NCBI GenBank assembly: GCA_013265495.1
Contig: MU058221.1
Span: 1 to 64,000, forward strand
Source of the DNA: Vicugna vicugna
Lineage: Eukaryota
Direction of reading: 5' to 3'
Length of the DNA stretch: 64,000 bases
Shown here: positions 1 through 10,775 of the stretch, one piece after another
Layout of the letters: each line of letters opens with the position of its first letter
How positions within the stretch are numbered: the stretch's first letter is position 1
Notes under the pieces: model-generated
Told to the model about the DNA's origin: nothing
Databases searched by the model: none
Seen by the model: the letters and a program-made list of their open reading frames with translations, nothing else
Program-made: the position numbers and the translations under genes

Positions 1-300
1 CCCTAACCCTAACCCTGAGTCTAATCCTGAGTCTAACCCTATCGCTGAGTCTAACCCTGTGTCTAACCCTGAGTCTAACCCTAACCCTGAGTATAACCCT
101 AACCTTAACCCCTAACCCTCACCCTAACCCTATCCCCTTACCCTAACCCCTAACCCTGAGTCTAACCCTAACCCCTAACCCTAACCCCTAACCCTAACTC
201 TAACCCCTACCCCAACCCCAACCCTAACCCTAACCCTGACCCTAACCCTGAACCTAACCCTAAACCTCTAACCCTAAACCCAGAGTAACCCTAATCCTTG
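1..300 (+). repeat. Telomeric (CCCTAA)n repeat with variant units
   Basis: Many CCCTAA hexamers mixed with CCCTGAGTCTAA, CCCCTAA and CCCTGA variants. C-rich strand on + at the window start is the orientation of a left chromosome end. Confidence 0.95.
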
Positions 301-570
301 CTCTTTTTCTAGCACTTGCCCTTACCTTACGCAGTTCCGTAATACATGACCTTTTTATACCCTAACCCTTACCTTACCCATTCCCTGAACTTAACTTCTT
401 CGCACACTCCTATCCTAACCTGTACTCTAGCCCGATTTCCTACCCTAATGCGCACACTAACCCTTTCCCTATCTCCCACCTGTACCCTCGCACTGACCCT
501 AACCCTAACCCATTCCCATACCCTACTCCTAATTTTGACCCTGATCCTAATCCTTAATCCTATTTTCTTG
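301..570 (+). repeat. Highly degenerate proximal telomere-like repeat
   Basis: Residual 6-bp periodicity (CCCTAA/CCTTAC/CCTAAT/CCTGAT). Confidence 0.8.
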
Positions 571-939
571 TAACAACCTAGCACTCTCCTGGTTGTCAAA
601 TCCCACGAAGACATAACAAAAACTCATCAACTAGCCTATGAAATTGAATCCTCCACTTCCCCATATATTACTACTTACCTGAAATTAACAGCACAATAGA
701 AATGAGTATCCACCTCCTGCAAATGTCTCCAAAGCACATAATCCAGTTTTATCACTGTAAACCAAGCAATGTCATAAATTATTACATAAAGGTAAGCAAT
801 GTGATAAACAACAATTGTACAATACAGAAAAATCACGTCATCCCATCCACTTGATTCAACACAAGCTTTAAACCAATTCCACTCCTGCTTCATGGCATAA
901 ACACTCGTGAAATTAGGACCAGGAACAAATTATTCAGTA

Positions 940-1850
940 TGATACAAAGCAGTATAAAAAATGCACAATAAATGTCAATCATCTGGAACGAGGCCCAGAG
1001 GGTTCCTTTCACCTCTGTTATTCATTATGGTACAGGAAATTCCAGGCAAATCCAGGATGAAAGAGAATAAACATAAAATTGTTACATATAAAAGGACATC
1101 TGTTCACAGACACAATTGACATCATTTTACAGATACATCTTGAAAGCATACACAATTCATTGACTAGATCAATTTTTAAACCGTGAGCAACTCAAATACT
1201 TCAGCAAGTAGACGATACAAAGTATTAATGAATCAAAATTTATCTACATGTACACATTAACAATGAATGATCTCAAGAATTTAAGAGAATTGTATTTTAC
1301 ATGATGTCAATATTACTAAAATACTTGAGTCAATTTAATCAAGGTACAAGACTAGTACATTAAAATGGAAAAAACACCACTAAAAGAAATGAAATACAAC
1401 CTTCAAAAAAAAGAAGAGGCCATCCCATGTTGGTAACAAAACTAAATATGGCATGAGTGCCCAAAGCGATCTAGGGAGACAAGGTAATTTCTATGACAAT
1501 TTTGGAATAAACACAGAAGTTGATTTTAACATTCATATACAATTTTAGGAACCCCCAAAAGACAAAACAAACTGTAAAAGGGAAAACCAAAGATAGAGCT
1601 TCGTATGTTCAAATTTCATGTCAATACAAAGCAACATAAAAAAATATGATATTGCCATAAAAATATAAATATAGATAAATGGCAGTACATAAGAAGCCCG
1701 AACGTAATCCCATTCATTTAGGAACAATACATTTTTGACAAGCGTGAATATTTAGGTTTCTTTTTTTTTTTACTACTCTTCCACAAATGGTGCTGGGTAA
1801 CTGCTATCCACATGCAGGGGAATAAACCACGTATACAATTAACTAAAACT
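940..1850 (+). mobile_element. Old L1 ORF2 fragment
   Basis: Decayed L1 motifs, e.g. aaatggtgctgggtaactg and gatacaaagtattaat. Confidence 0.7.
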
Positions 1851-1852
1851 GC

Positions 1853-2395
1853 ATACATTGGGATATGGCTGATGGTTTTATATTACTGATTGTAGTTAAA
1901 AAATTTAAATCACCAAGAATGAAAGAGAGACGTCCTAAATACATGGAGGACATGGCTAGGTCGGCAGAGGCTGCTATGTGGCCAGACTGCCAGCTAGAGG
2001 TGGATGTACGCATGGTTCAACAAGTGCTGGCACCCGCTTCTACTTTTTACAATATGAGTAGGAGTAAGAATGGTGGGAGACATTGTGAGAAGCTGCTATC
2101 ATTCAGTCAGAGCAATGCTGTATTGAATGACCCAATTATCAGTGGGACAAGTCAGTTTCTGGGTCCCCCAATTGTCCTTAGTATAACTAAAAAACACATG
2201 CACAGGATATGCGTACTACATATGCATACAATGTTATGACACATCATAGATTTGGTCATCTCCGAGGAGCGCTCCAGCGGGGATTAATGACTTTACAGCA
2301 GTACCTACTATTCCAGTTCAAACAATAATATGGTGATATAAAATGCCAATCTTTGTGACTTGTTGAAAGTTGTCAACAAGTTGGTTTGTGAACTT
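1853..2395 (-). pseudogene. NUMT COX1 5' fragment
   Basis: Minus strand reads NWLVPLMIG (AAC TGA CTT GTC CCA CTG ATA ATT GG), VEAGA and NMKPSAMSQ in mitochondrial code. Start ATG decayed to AAG; frameshifts present. Confidence 0.92.
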
Positions 2396-2396
2396 A

Positions 2397-2781
2397 GGTG
2401 AAGTGGTTGAGCAAGCCTTAGACTGTAAATCTAGAGGTAGAGGTTTGGCCCCTTTTGGGTCAATCTCCGTGTTGAATCAACATATTGAGATGCAAATTCT
2501 AAAAAAAAAAAGAAGCAGCTTCAATTTTGCTAGGGCTTCTCCTGCAAATGTTTTCTAGATGGCTGGAGAAATAACTGGAAGCCAATTTACCAGAAGATTT
2601 CCTGTTAACTAAAATGTCCTATGGTGGAAGCCCACCAATCAATCAAGTATTTACCTTAATTAACGTGTTTGATTTGCATTCAACTGATGTAGTACAATCT
2701 CTTGCAATCCATATTTTCAGAAATTAAATTGTGCCTCCTTGAACATTTGAAAGCCCTTGGTGTATATTAACCTAAATTCCT
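2397..2781. pseudogene. NUMT WANCY tRNA cluster with OL remnant
   Basis: tRNA-Tyr-like ~2397-2462 (gactgtaaatcta), Cys ~2463-2537 (gaagcagcttcaatt), OL-like cttctcc...ggagaa ~2535-2570, Asn ~2571-2645 (ctgttaactaaa), Ala ~2645-2712 (gatttgcattcaa), Trp ~2718-2781. Confidence 0.88.
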
Positions 2782-3582
2782 ACTCCAGCGCGGATAGAAT
2801 GGGTGTTAAGGGCAGTAATAGTGTGACTATTAGGATTAGTGATCATCAGATGGTTGTTGTCTATGTTTAAAATCTCATTTTTTAAATTTATTCATAAAAG
2901 TAGAGGAAGTGATATGGAGAATTTTAGCCAGATGTACAAATATATGTTGAACAGTGCTATGAGGACTGTTAGTGCTGGTAGGTTGCTGTTACTGGTTTCT
3001 GTTATATCTCAAATGATTACTAATTTGAGGAAAAACCCTGATCCTGGTGGGAGGCCTCCTAATAAAACATGATGATGGGGATGAAGATCGTGATTGACTA
3101 CCAGGCTATAAATGTGATGGAGTTTTGTTAGTCTGCCTCGGCTGCTGCTGATAATTCATAACACACCTGTGAATAACAGTATGCTTGGGGGGTGGGTGTC
3201 GAGATTTGCTGTAACAATTGGGGGTGCACATTCATCACATTAATTGCATTGGCCCTGCTGCGTGGGGGATGCCCTGTGTAGCTTCAGTCACTCAGATAAG
3301 AAACGTGAGAAGTCCAACTGTGTGACTAAGGCTTTTGTTTAAATGGTGGATCCTGATGGATAAAAAAATTTTGTACTTGTCCATGGCTGGAGGATATTAG
3401 ATTAAAAGTAAAATCCCACATAAGTAGTATGGATGTGGTGTGTTGTTTTAGAGAACAGTTGTTGGGTGCTTATATAACTTGTGCATTCAATTTTCTTATT
3501 AGAATGGAAATACTTGTACAATGTCAGCTTGCTAGTAAAATCATGGAATGGTCAGTAGAATGGTAGTAAAAATAGGGTTTAT
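2782..3582 (-). pseudogene. NUMT ND2 (internally deleted)
   Basis: Start ATA AAC CCT ATT, GGLPP motif near 3045-3060, C-terminus TLLLPLTPILSALE. About 800 nt, shorter than full ND2. Confidence 0.88.
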
Positions 3583-3778
3583 TAGCATAGTAAGGATATA
3601 AAACAACACTGATAGCTCACTTGGGGGAACATCCGTCACCACAGAATGTGGTGTAACGTGGCAGCATGAACACTTTTAAGTTCTTAAGGGAACGATCAAT
3701 TCCTGTGATTCTAGGAATAAGAGTTCTTAGACCTCTTTTATTTACTTTTCAGATAACTCTATTGTCAAACTTATCAAT
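3583..3778. pseudogene. NUMT tRNA-Met/Gln/Ile remnants
   Basis: Gln-like agaatgtggtgtaa...ttctagga on +; Met and Ile remnants on minus, in the expected order. Confidence 0.8.
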
Positions 3779-4780
3779 GTTTTCGGTGGGATGTCCGATG
3801 CACTGATGAGTAGTGAAACATACACAGGGCTACTGTTAGTGTTAAATTTTTTTTTTCATAGGAGATGTATAAGATGATCATCTCAAAATTGTGGGTAGGC
3901 TATTCAAAGTCCTAGGAAGGAGGTTGTTAGGAGGAGTGTCTGAATGACAACATGAGCTGTATGTAATTTGTCTGTATATAATTCTGTTATCTAGGGATTT
4001 GAAATGCTCCTAAAAGTAGATTATGAAAATATTTATTATCATGATATAGACCTAACCTGCTATAAAGGCCAGAGAAAATAGACCTGCTACATACTCTACA
4101 TTGAAGCTGGATACAACTTTTGAGTCTCCTTCTGTTAAGTCAAATGGAGCTCCGTTGATTTCTGCTACAGTAGAGGTAAATAAAAATCTGACTAGGAGTT
4201 GGGAGGGGACAAATAATCAGATATTCTTGTGTAATAACTGAGAGTACAAATGATCTATTTATCAGTAGGAATGATAAACCAATAACTGCTAGTTTACTTC
4301 ACACAAGATTGTCTGTGCTGCTGCCCACAGAACTCCGGTGAGTGTGTGTTTTTAATATGAAGATAATGCAGATCAGGGGGTGGAATACATGGCTAGGCTT
4401 CATACAGCCAGTATGAGAAGTGTGGCTAGGTTCACATGAGCAGACAGTGGATAAGGAATGGGAAGAGAGCTCCTAATGTGGAAGTCATGGTTAAGGCCAG
4501 CATTGGTGCAACTATATGTATATAATGTACATTGATGTATTATATATAACTTAACACTATATATAATATAATATATATGTGTAAATTGATGTATTATATA
4601 TATGTAAATTGATGTATTATATATAATTTAACACTATGTATATAATGTAATATATATATAAACTGATGATGTTTGGGCCTCTCCAAATTTCCAGAACCTA
4701 GGACTTCCTTCAAATAATATGAGAAGTGAAACACGGATTAAAACTGTAATCATTAGTAAAGGAATGCAGATTATAAACCT
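3779..4780 (-). pseudogene. NUMT ND1, interrupted by an AT-rich tract
   Basis: Lies between tRNA-Ile and tRNA-Leu; decayed start AGG TTT ATA ATC; (AT)-rich expansion ~4510-4665. Confidence 0.82.
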
Positions 4781-4782
4781 AT

Positions 4783-4857
4783 TCTTAGGAAGAGGACTTA
4801 GGCTTCTTGAAATAAAGGATTTGGTTTGATGCAATTGCTGAGCTCTGCTACCCTAAC
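4783..4857 (-). pseudogene. NUMT tRNA-Leu(UUR)
   Basis: Minus strand begins GTTAGGGTAGCAGAGCTCAGCAATTGCAT. Confidence 0.8.
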
Positions 4858-6452
4858 AAACCATGTTCTACAGTAGAGTATGTAAAAATTATTTAAATTG
4901 TATTGTATCACCAATTAGTTTGAAGGTGCTTTTGTAAAGTGACCCTTAACTCACCTGTCCTCTCAGACTGGGACAAATGTGTAATAAATAGAAACCAATC
5001 GGGATCACTCCAGCCTGAACTCATATCTCACAGAACTTTAACCATTGAACGAACCACTTACAGCAGTGACAACATTGGGATATTCTGATCCGGTTTCGAG
5101 GCTATAAACCCTATTGTGAAAATGAACTCTAAATTTGGATTGAACTGTTATCCCTGGAGTACCTTGTTCTGTTAATCAATATATTGGATCAACACATGCC
5201 ATGGCATTTTCAATAGCTGGTCTAAATGTTAATTACTTGCAGTTTGGAGTTTGTTTTATTCACTGGGGCCACCACAACCAAATATTTTAAGCCATTAAAA
5301 GCTATGTTATCCCTTAATATTCAGTTACTTACTTTATAGGTTAAATGCTTAAAGCACCATAGCATCTTCTCATTTTATGTGGCTCCCACCTCTTATTGGG
5401 AAGGTCAATTTCACTGATGAAAAGAGATACTAAAACCTTGTGGGGCCATCCTCCCAACTCCTTATGTGGAAAACAAATGATCACGCTACCTTGGTAAGGT
5501 CAGGGAACCGCGGCCATTAAACATGTCCATGATCAGGCAGTGTCTCTAAGGCCAGAAGTGCTAGAGGAAATCTTCCTGATAAACAGGCAGGGCTGTGATC
5601 ACCATGTTCCTTTTACTTTTTTTTTTTTTAAATCTTTCCTAGAAATTCATGCCTGTGTTAGATTAAGAATTGTTTTTATAAATAATTAAATATTGATTAG
5701 GGTTTATTTTACTGTAAACTATCAGTAACTTATTCATTCTGATATAAGCTTATGCAAGGAGAAATATTTCCTGCTGCCCATATGAAGAGTACTGCTTTTA
5801 CTAATTAATAGATTCGTCCAGTATTAAATTATGAGGATTTTCTTTCTTTTTTTTTATATTGGAATTGTGATGAATGTGTTCTTGATCTTGAATAGTTGCC
5901 ATTTTTAGAGGGAGGTGGGAAATAGGCTTGTTTGTTTCTTTAATGGAGGTCCTGGGGATTGAACCCAGGACCTTGTGCATGCCTTGCACATACTACCACT
6001 GAGCTATACCTTCCCAACCTTGAATACTTTCTTAATGGGTGGCTGTTTTTAAGCCAACTGCAACATTGTTTATATTGGTTCTCTAGAGTTTTTATCCTGT
6101 AACTAAAAACCTGTCCCTTTTTAAAAACATTAAAAATTATATTAGAAGTTATATTCTTAATTAATAATTAAAACTGAACTAAAAGTCTTTTCTGAACAAC
6201 CTGCTGTCAGCAGCCTTGTTAGGTTTACTACCTCTACTCATAGATCTTCCATTTTACCTATAGATGAGTCTGTTCCTCTAAACTGATCATAAGTACCTCA
6301 TCTGGGTTCAAGGTACTTAACTTATTTCATCATTCCCTAATGGTACTTTATGCTACCAGATTTAAATGTCTATCTTCTATACTTTAGATGTTAAATGAAT
6401 CTTTAATTTAATTATGACGGTTAAATTTGGTAGGAAGCCGCAGCTAGTTTTA
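4858..6452 (-). pseudogene. NUMT 16S rRNA
   Basis: Decayed conserved blocks, e.g. tcgaggctataaaccctattg, ctgttatccct, aaggtcaatttcactgat, ccgcggccattaaacatgt. Confidence 0.93.
5895..6018 (-). mobile_element. Vic-1-like tRNA-derived SINE inserted in the NUMT 16S
   Basis: taatggaggtcctggggattgaacccaggacc...accactgagctatacc (B box GGTTCAATCCC on minus); 8-bp target-site duplication CTTGAATA at 5887-5894 and 6019-6026. Confidence 0.88.
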
Positions 6453-7566
6453 GTTCAAATTTTTCGTGAAGTATGGAATCGACTGGGTGTAAATCAGGTG
6501 CTTTTCTTTAAACTACACTGTGATGTATCCAAGAACACTCTCCAGTGTGCCCACCCTGTAAGAACTCCTCTCCTTTTTGATGTTTACTACTTGTTAATGG
6601 GTTATGAAAATTTGTCGCTATTTGAGGAGGGTGATGGGCTGAGTGTGACTGCTTCATGGCCTGATTATATTGATCACTCTTAATTTATAACTAAGTTCTC
6701 CTTTGGTATTTCATAACAATTTTGTATATATCATTTTGTACTCAAGGTAGAAAATGAAACCCTTATCTCCCCACCCCATAGGCTACACCTAGAACTAATG
6801 TTTTTATATCTGATCATTATGATCACTGTTGCTCCTTGTGGGGGTTTGCTGAAGATGCTGGTACACAGACATATAGACTGTGTTCATGAGAGTGGTGAGG
6901 TTTATCAGGTTTTGCAAATTATAAACACCATAGGAAGCACCAAGAATCCTTTTAGTTTTTTGGATTATGCTAGTATTCATTTGGCCAATAATTTTGTTAT
7001 AATCATTTTATTTTGATTTAAAGATAAGTATAGTTGGGTATCCACCCCCATACTAACACATGGACACTACTCTGAATCTTTACTGACCTGTAATAAGGAA
7101 TGTTAAAGTCATTTTAGTAGCTCATTTTTCACTTTAGCTATGGCTTTGCACACCATAGCTAGGACTTAACTTTATTTTGCAATACTCTTTAGCACACGTC
7201 ACACTGACTTTCTATTATCTGAGGTTCACGTTATAACAGTGGTGCATGTTGTGAAAACTTACCAACCCTAATTAGTCATGATAACCTAGTCAAACTTTCA
7301 TTTATGGCTTAATTTTTATCACCGCCATTTCCCATAGGGGCATGGTTCAGTGAGACATTGAAAGATACATCCAGGGTGCTTGATATCTGCTGATTTTACT
7401 CTTTTAAAATATTTAGAGGGTGTTCTCACAGGAATGCAGAAACTTGCATGTGTAATTTTATTACAAGTTCTTCAAAAGGCTGGAATGAAATCTATATGTT
7501 TATGGAGTTAGTAAACTCATCCAGGCATTTTCACTGCCTTGCTTTAATTATTAAAGCTACATCAAC
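6453..7566 (-). pseudogene. NUMT tRNA-Val, 12S rRNA and tRNA-Phe
   Basis: 12S 3' end tccaagaacactctccagt and gaggagggtgatgggc block; Phe-like ctcatccaggcattttcactgccttgcttt...gctacatcaac. Confidence 0.9.
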
Positions 7567-8153
7567 ACGCTGAGTAGGATTTTTGACATATGAGATTTAT
7601 GTATTTAACTGATATCTTGGTATTTCCTATACCACATTGTGTTAAAATTAGTATTAAAATATATAATGTTTCTTTTGGAGACCGTTACTGTGTACTGTAT
7701 TTTTAATTTTGTTCAAAGTAAGTAGCAGATCTAGGGGTATGCCTATTGATATAAGCCTTATATATCTAAACAGTTGGTGGATAGAGTTAAAAGGCCACTT
7801 TGTAGTTATAGTAACTGGGTGGGTGCAGTAAGGGCAGTATGTTTGTTAGATGAGTCAGTTGAATCTTACATAGTTACATCCTTTGCCTTGTTTGGTGGGG
7901 TTTTGCAAGGTGATAAGGACAGAAAAAGTATGAGATTAAGCAGTAAGCAGAGGGTTGATAAAGCAAGCTATTTACTGATTTGCATGTGGACATGGATGTG
8001 TAATTTCTGAATGTCCTGTGACCAATGACTCAATAACACATTATGATGGTCGATGACATTAGTAAATACTATTCAATTTAAGCTGCACTACAGGTTACTT
8101 GACTGTGTTAAGTTCTCTGATGACCATAACTGAGTCACAGCATTCTCTCAAAA
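7567..8153 (-). pseudogene. NUMT control region (CSB part and part of the central domain)
   Basis: CSB1-like GTCATTGGTCACAGGACAT (~8010-8030), CSB3-like TGCAAAACCCCACCAAACAAG (~7887-7907), and GACTCAGTTATGG, all on minus. Confidence 0.8.
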
Positions 8154-10591
8154 ACTATCACTTGGTTCAGTGACTTCCCTCATATATATGCAGATATGGC
8201 AAAAAATTTAAAACAGGTGTCCAAACAAAAAATGCTACACTACACTAATAGTCATGGCAGCATTATTTGAAATAGCTCAAAGGTAGAACCTATTCAAATG
8301 TCCATCAATGGATGAAAGGATATGCAAACTACAGTGCATCAATAAACTGTCATATAATTCTGCCATTGAAAGAAATACAGTAAAATGGTGCAGCCACTGT
8401 GGAAAACAGTATGGCGGTTCCTCAAAAACTTAAACAGAGTTCATGAATCATCTACTGATTCAACTTTAGGGTATAAACCCAAAAGGTTTAAAAGCAGGGA
8501 CCGAAAAACACATTTCTACAGCCATGTTCATACCAGCCCTATTCACACTGGCCAAAAGACGTAAGCAACCCAAGTGTCCATGGATGGATGATTCCATACA
8601 CAAAATGTAGTATATACAGAATTAAGTAGGATTCAGCCTTTAAAACTAAGGTAATTCTGACACGCGCTACAATGTGGGTGGACTTTGAAGTCACTCAAGG
8701 GAAACAAACCAAATCAAACCAAAAAGGACACACATACTATGATTCTAAGATGAGGTATCCGTATCAGTCTAATTCAATAACAAAATGTACAATGTACTTG
8801 CCAGGGGGTTAGGAGTTCGTGACTAACGGATACAGTTTCACTTGGGGAAACTGAAAAAGTAACGGAGATGAGTGCTGAGAATATTTCTACAACCATGTAA
8901 ACATAGTTAATATCCAAAAACTATATGACATAAATGTAATGAAACTATACATTTAAAGCAATTTAAATGGTAAATGTTATGTGGAAGTACTGATATTTGT
9001 TACAACATGGATGAACAATGAAAACATCCTAAGAAAAAGTAGCCATACAGAAAAGGCCACCCAGATCTTACTCATCTTATGCCCTTTAATTCGATCAAAG
9101 TTGGGAAAATAAGAGAAAGTCTTGAGAACAGTTCTGGGAAAAAGGAAAAATAAAACATTGGATCAGATTGGGAAAACCCATTGCCATACAGTTGGAGCAG
9201 GTGCTGACAGCGGATCTGAGCCTGTGGACTGCATTATGAAGTGAAAACCATAATGAATCCTCACTTGGATGTTATGTGGTGATACAGAGTGTCTCTGTTC
9301 AAGGTAAAAACACACTAGAGATTGTCATGAGAAGTGGCATACATGCTACATCAATGATGAGTGAGAAAGCTGAGCTTACAGATAAAGAGTACACTGTACT
9401 GCTACTGCACCTTTTCTGTATGTTTAAAATTATTGGAAAGTAAATAATTTTTTAAAATTAACCATGTCAAAATCATTACAGAAAAGCAGAGAAAACATCA
9501 AACTTCACTACAGAGCCCAAGCCTGCTCCAGTTCCAGTTGATCCAAAATGGTTAAGCTGATCACCCTTGCAGGAATCTACATATTATTAAGAGACACCAT
9601 AAGATAATTTCATAAGCCACTGTGTCTTGGTTGTTGTGAACGACTTGGATGTGATTAAAAAAAAAAGACAGTGGCAATTTTGAATTCTACTTTTCCACAT
9701 CAAAATACCAAAAAAAAAAAACCCCTGTTAAAAAGTAATAAATAAATTTAGTAAAGCTACATGATACAATATCAATATACAAAAATCGATTGACTTTCTA
9801 TACACTAATAAGTTTCAGAAAGAGAAATTAATAAAGCAATTCCATTTAACAATTGTACCAAAAATTTTAAAAAAATACCTAGGAATAAAATTAACCAAGG
9901 ATGTGAACGGCCTGCACATAGAAAGTTAGAAAACATTGATAAAGAAATTGAAGAGGATGCACACAAAATAAAAGCTGTGCTCATGCACTAGAAGAACATT
10001 ACTGTAACAGTCACGAAGCCTAAGCAGTGTACACATTAATTGCAAACTCTACCAAATTCAAATGGCATTTTTTTTTTACAAAAACAGAAAACAAGAAATC
10101 CTACCATTTGTATGGAACAAAAAAGAACCTGGAATAGCCTGAGCAACCTTGAGAAGGGAGAACACAGTTGGAGGCATCTCCCTCCCTGGCTTCACATGAC
10201 ATTAGGAAGCTACAGTCACCAGCAGAGGTATAGTAAGATATTGGCACAAAAATAGGCACACAGACCAGAGGAACAGAATACAGAGCACAGAAAAAAACCC
10301 ATCTTTATTTTGTCAGTTAATTCATGGCAGAAGAGCCAAGAACACAAAATGGGAAAAGGACAGTCCCCTCAATAAATGGTGCCAAGAACATTGGACACCA
10401 TACCACCCAAAATGACACTAGGCACTGTCAACACTAAACCCAAAATCAAGTAAATTAAAAAATTTTCCACATCAAGCCCCTCCTCTGCTGGATCCTCTGA
10501 AAATGGACCTCCTTAGTTGTAATCACACACAGGAAGCCTCTCCCCACTTTCTCCTCAGCTTTTATTCCCACAGTGATGCCTCCCGGTGATT

Positions 10592-10775
10592 TTTTAAAAT
10601 ATTTTTTATTGATTTATAATCATTTTACAATGTTGTGTCAAATTCCAGTGTACAGCACAATTTGTCAGTTATACATGAACATATATATATTCATTGTCAC
10701 ATGTTTTTCTCTGTGAGCTACCATAAGATCTTGTATATATTTCCTTCTATACAGTATAATCTTGTTTATCTGTTC
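10592..10775 (-). mobile_element. 5'-truncated L1 3' tail
   Basis: tttttattgatttataatcattttacaatgttgtgtcaaattc; flanking duplication ctcc(c/t)ggtgatt at ~10580 and ~10775. Confidence 0.75.

Larger units (their letters stand above)
1853..8153 (-). pseudogene. NUMT: ~6.3 kb nuclear copy of mtDNA (control region to partial COX1)
   Basis: Vertebrate mitochondrial gene order is recognisable on the minus strand: D-loop, F, 12S, V, 16S, L, ND1, I, Q, M, ND2, W, A, N, OL, C, Y, COX1. Heavily mutated. Confidence 0.97.

Noticed and set aside
346..614. ORFs 346-573 (+) and 369-614 (-) with LT/RV dipeptides
   Set aside because: Translation of degenerate telomere hexamers; no gene signals.
1853..8153. 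Functional mitochondrial genes, tRNAs and rRNAs, or mtDNA contamination
   Set aside because: Frameshifts, lost start codons, deletions and a SINE insertion show a decayed nuclear copy.
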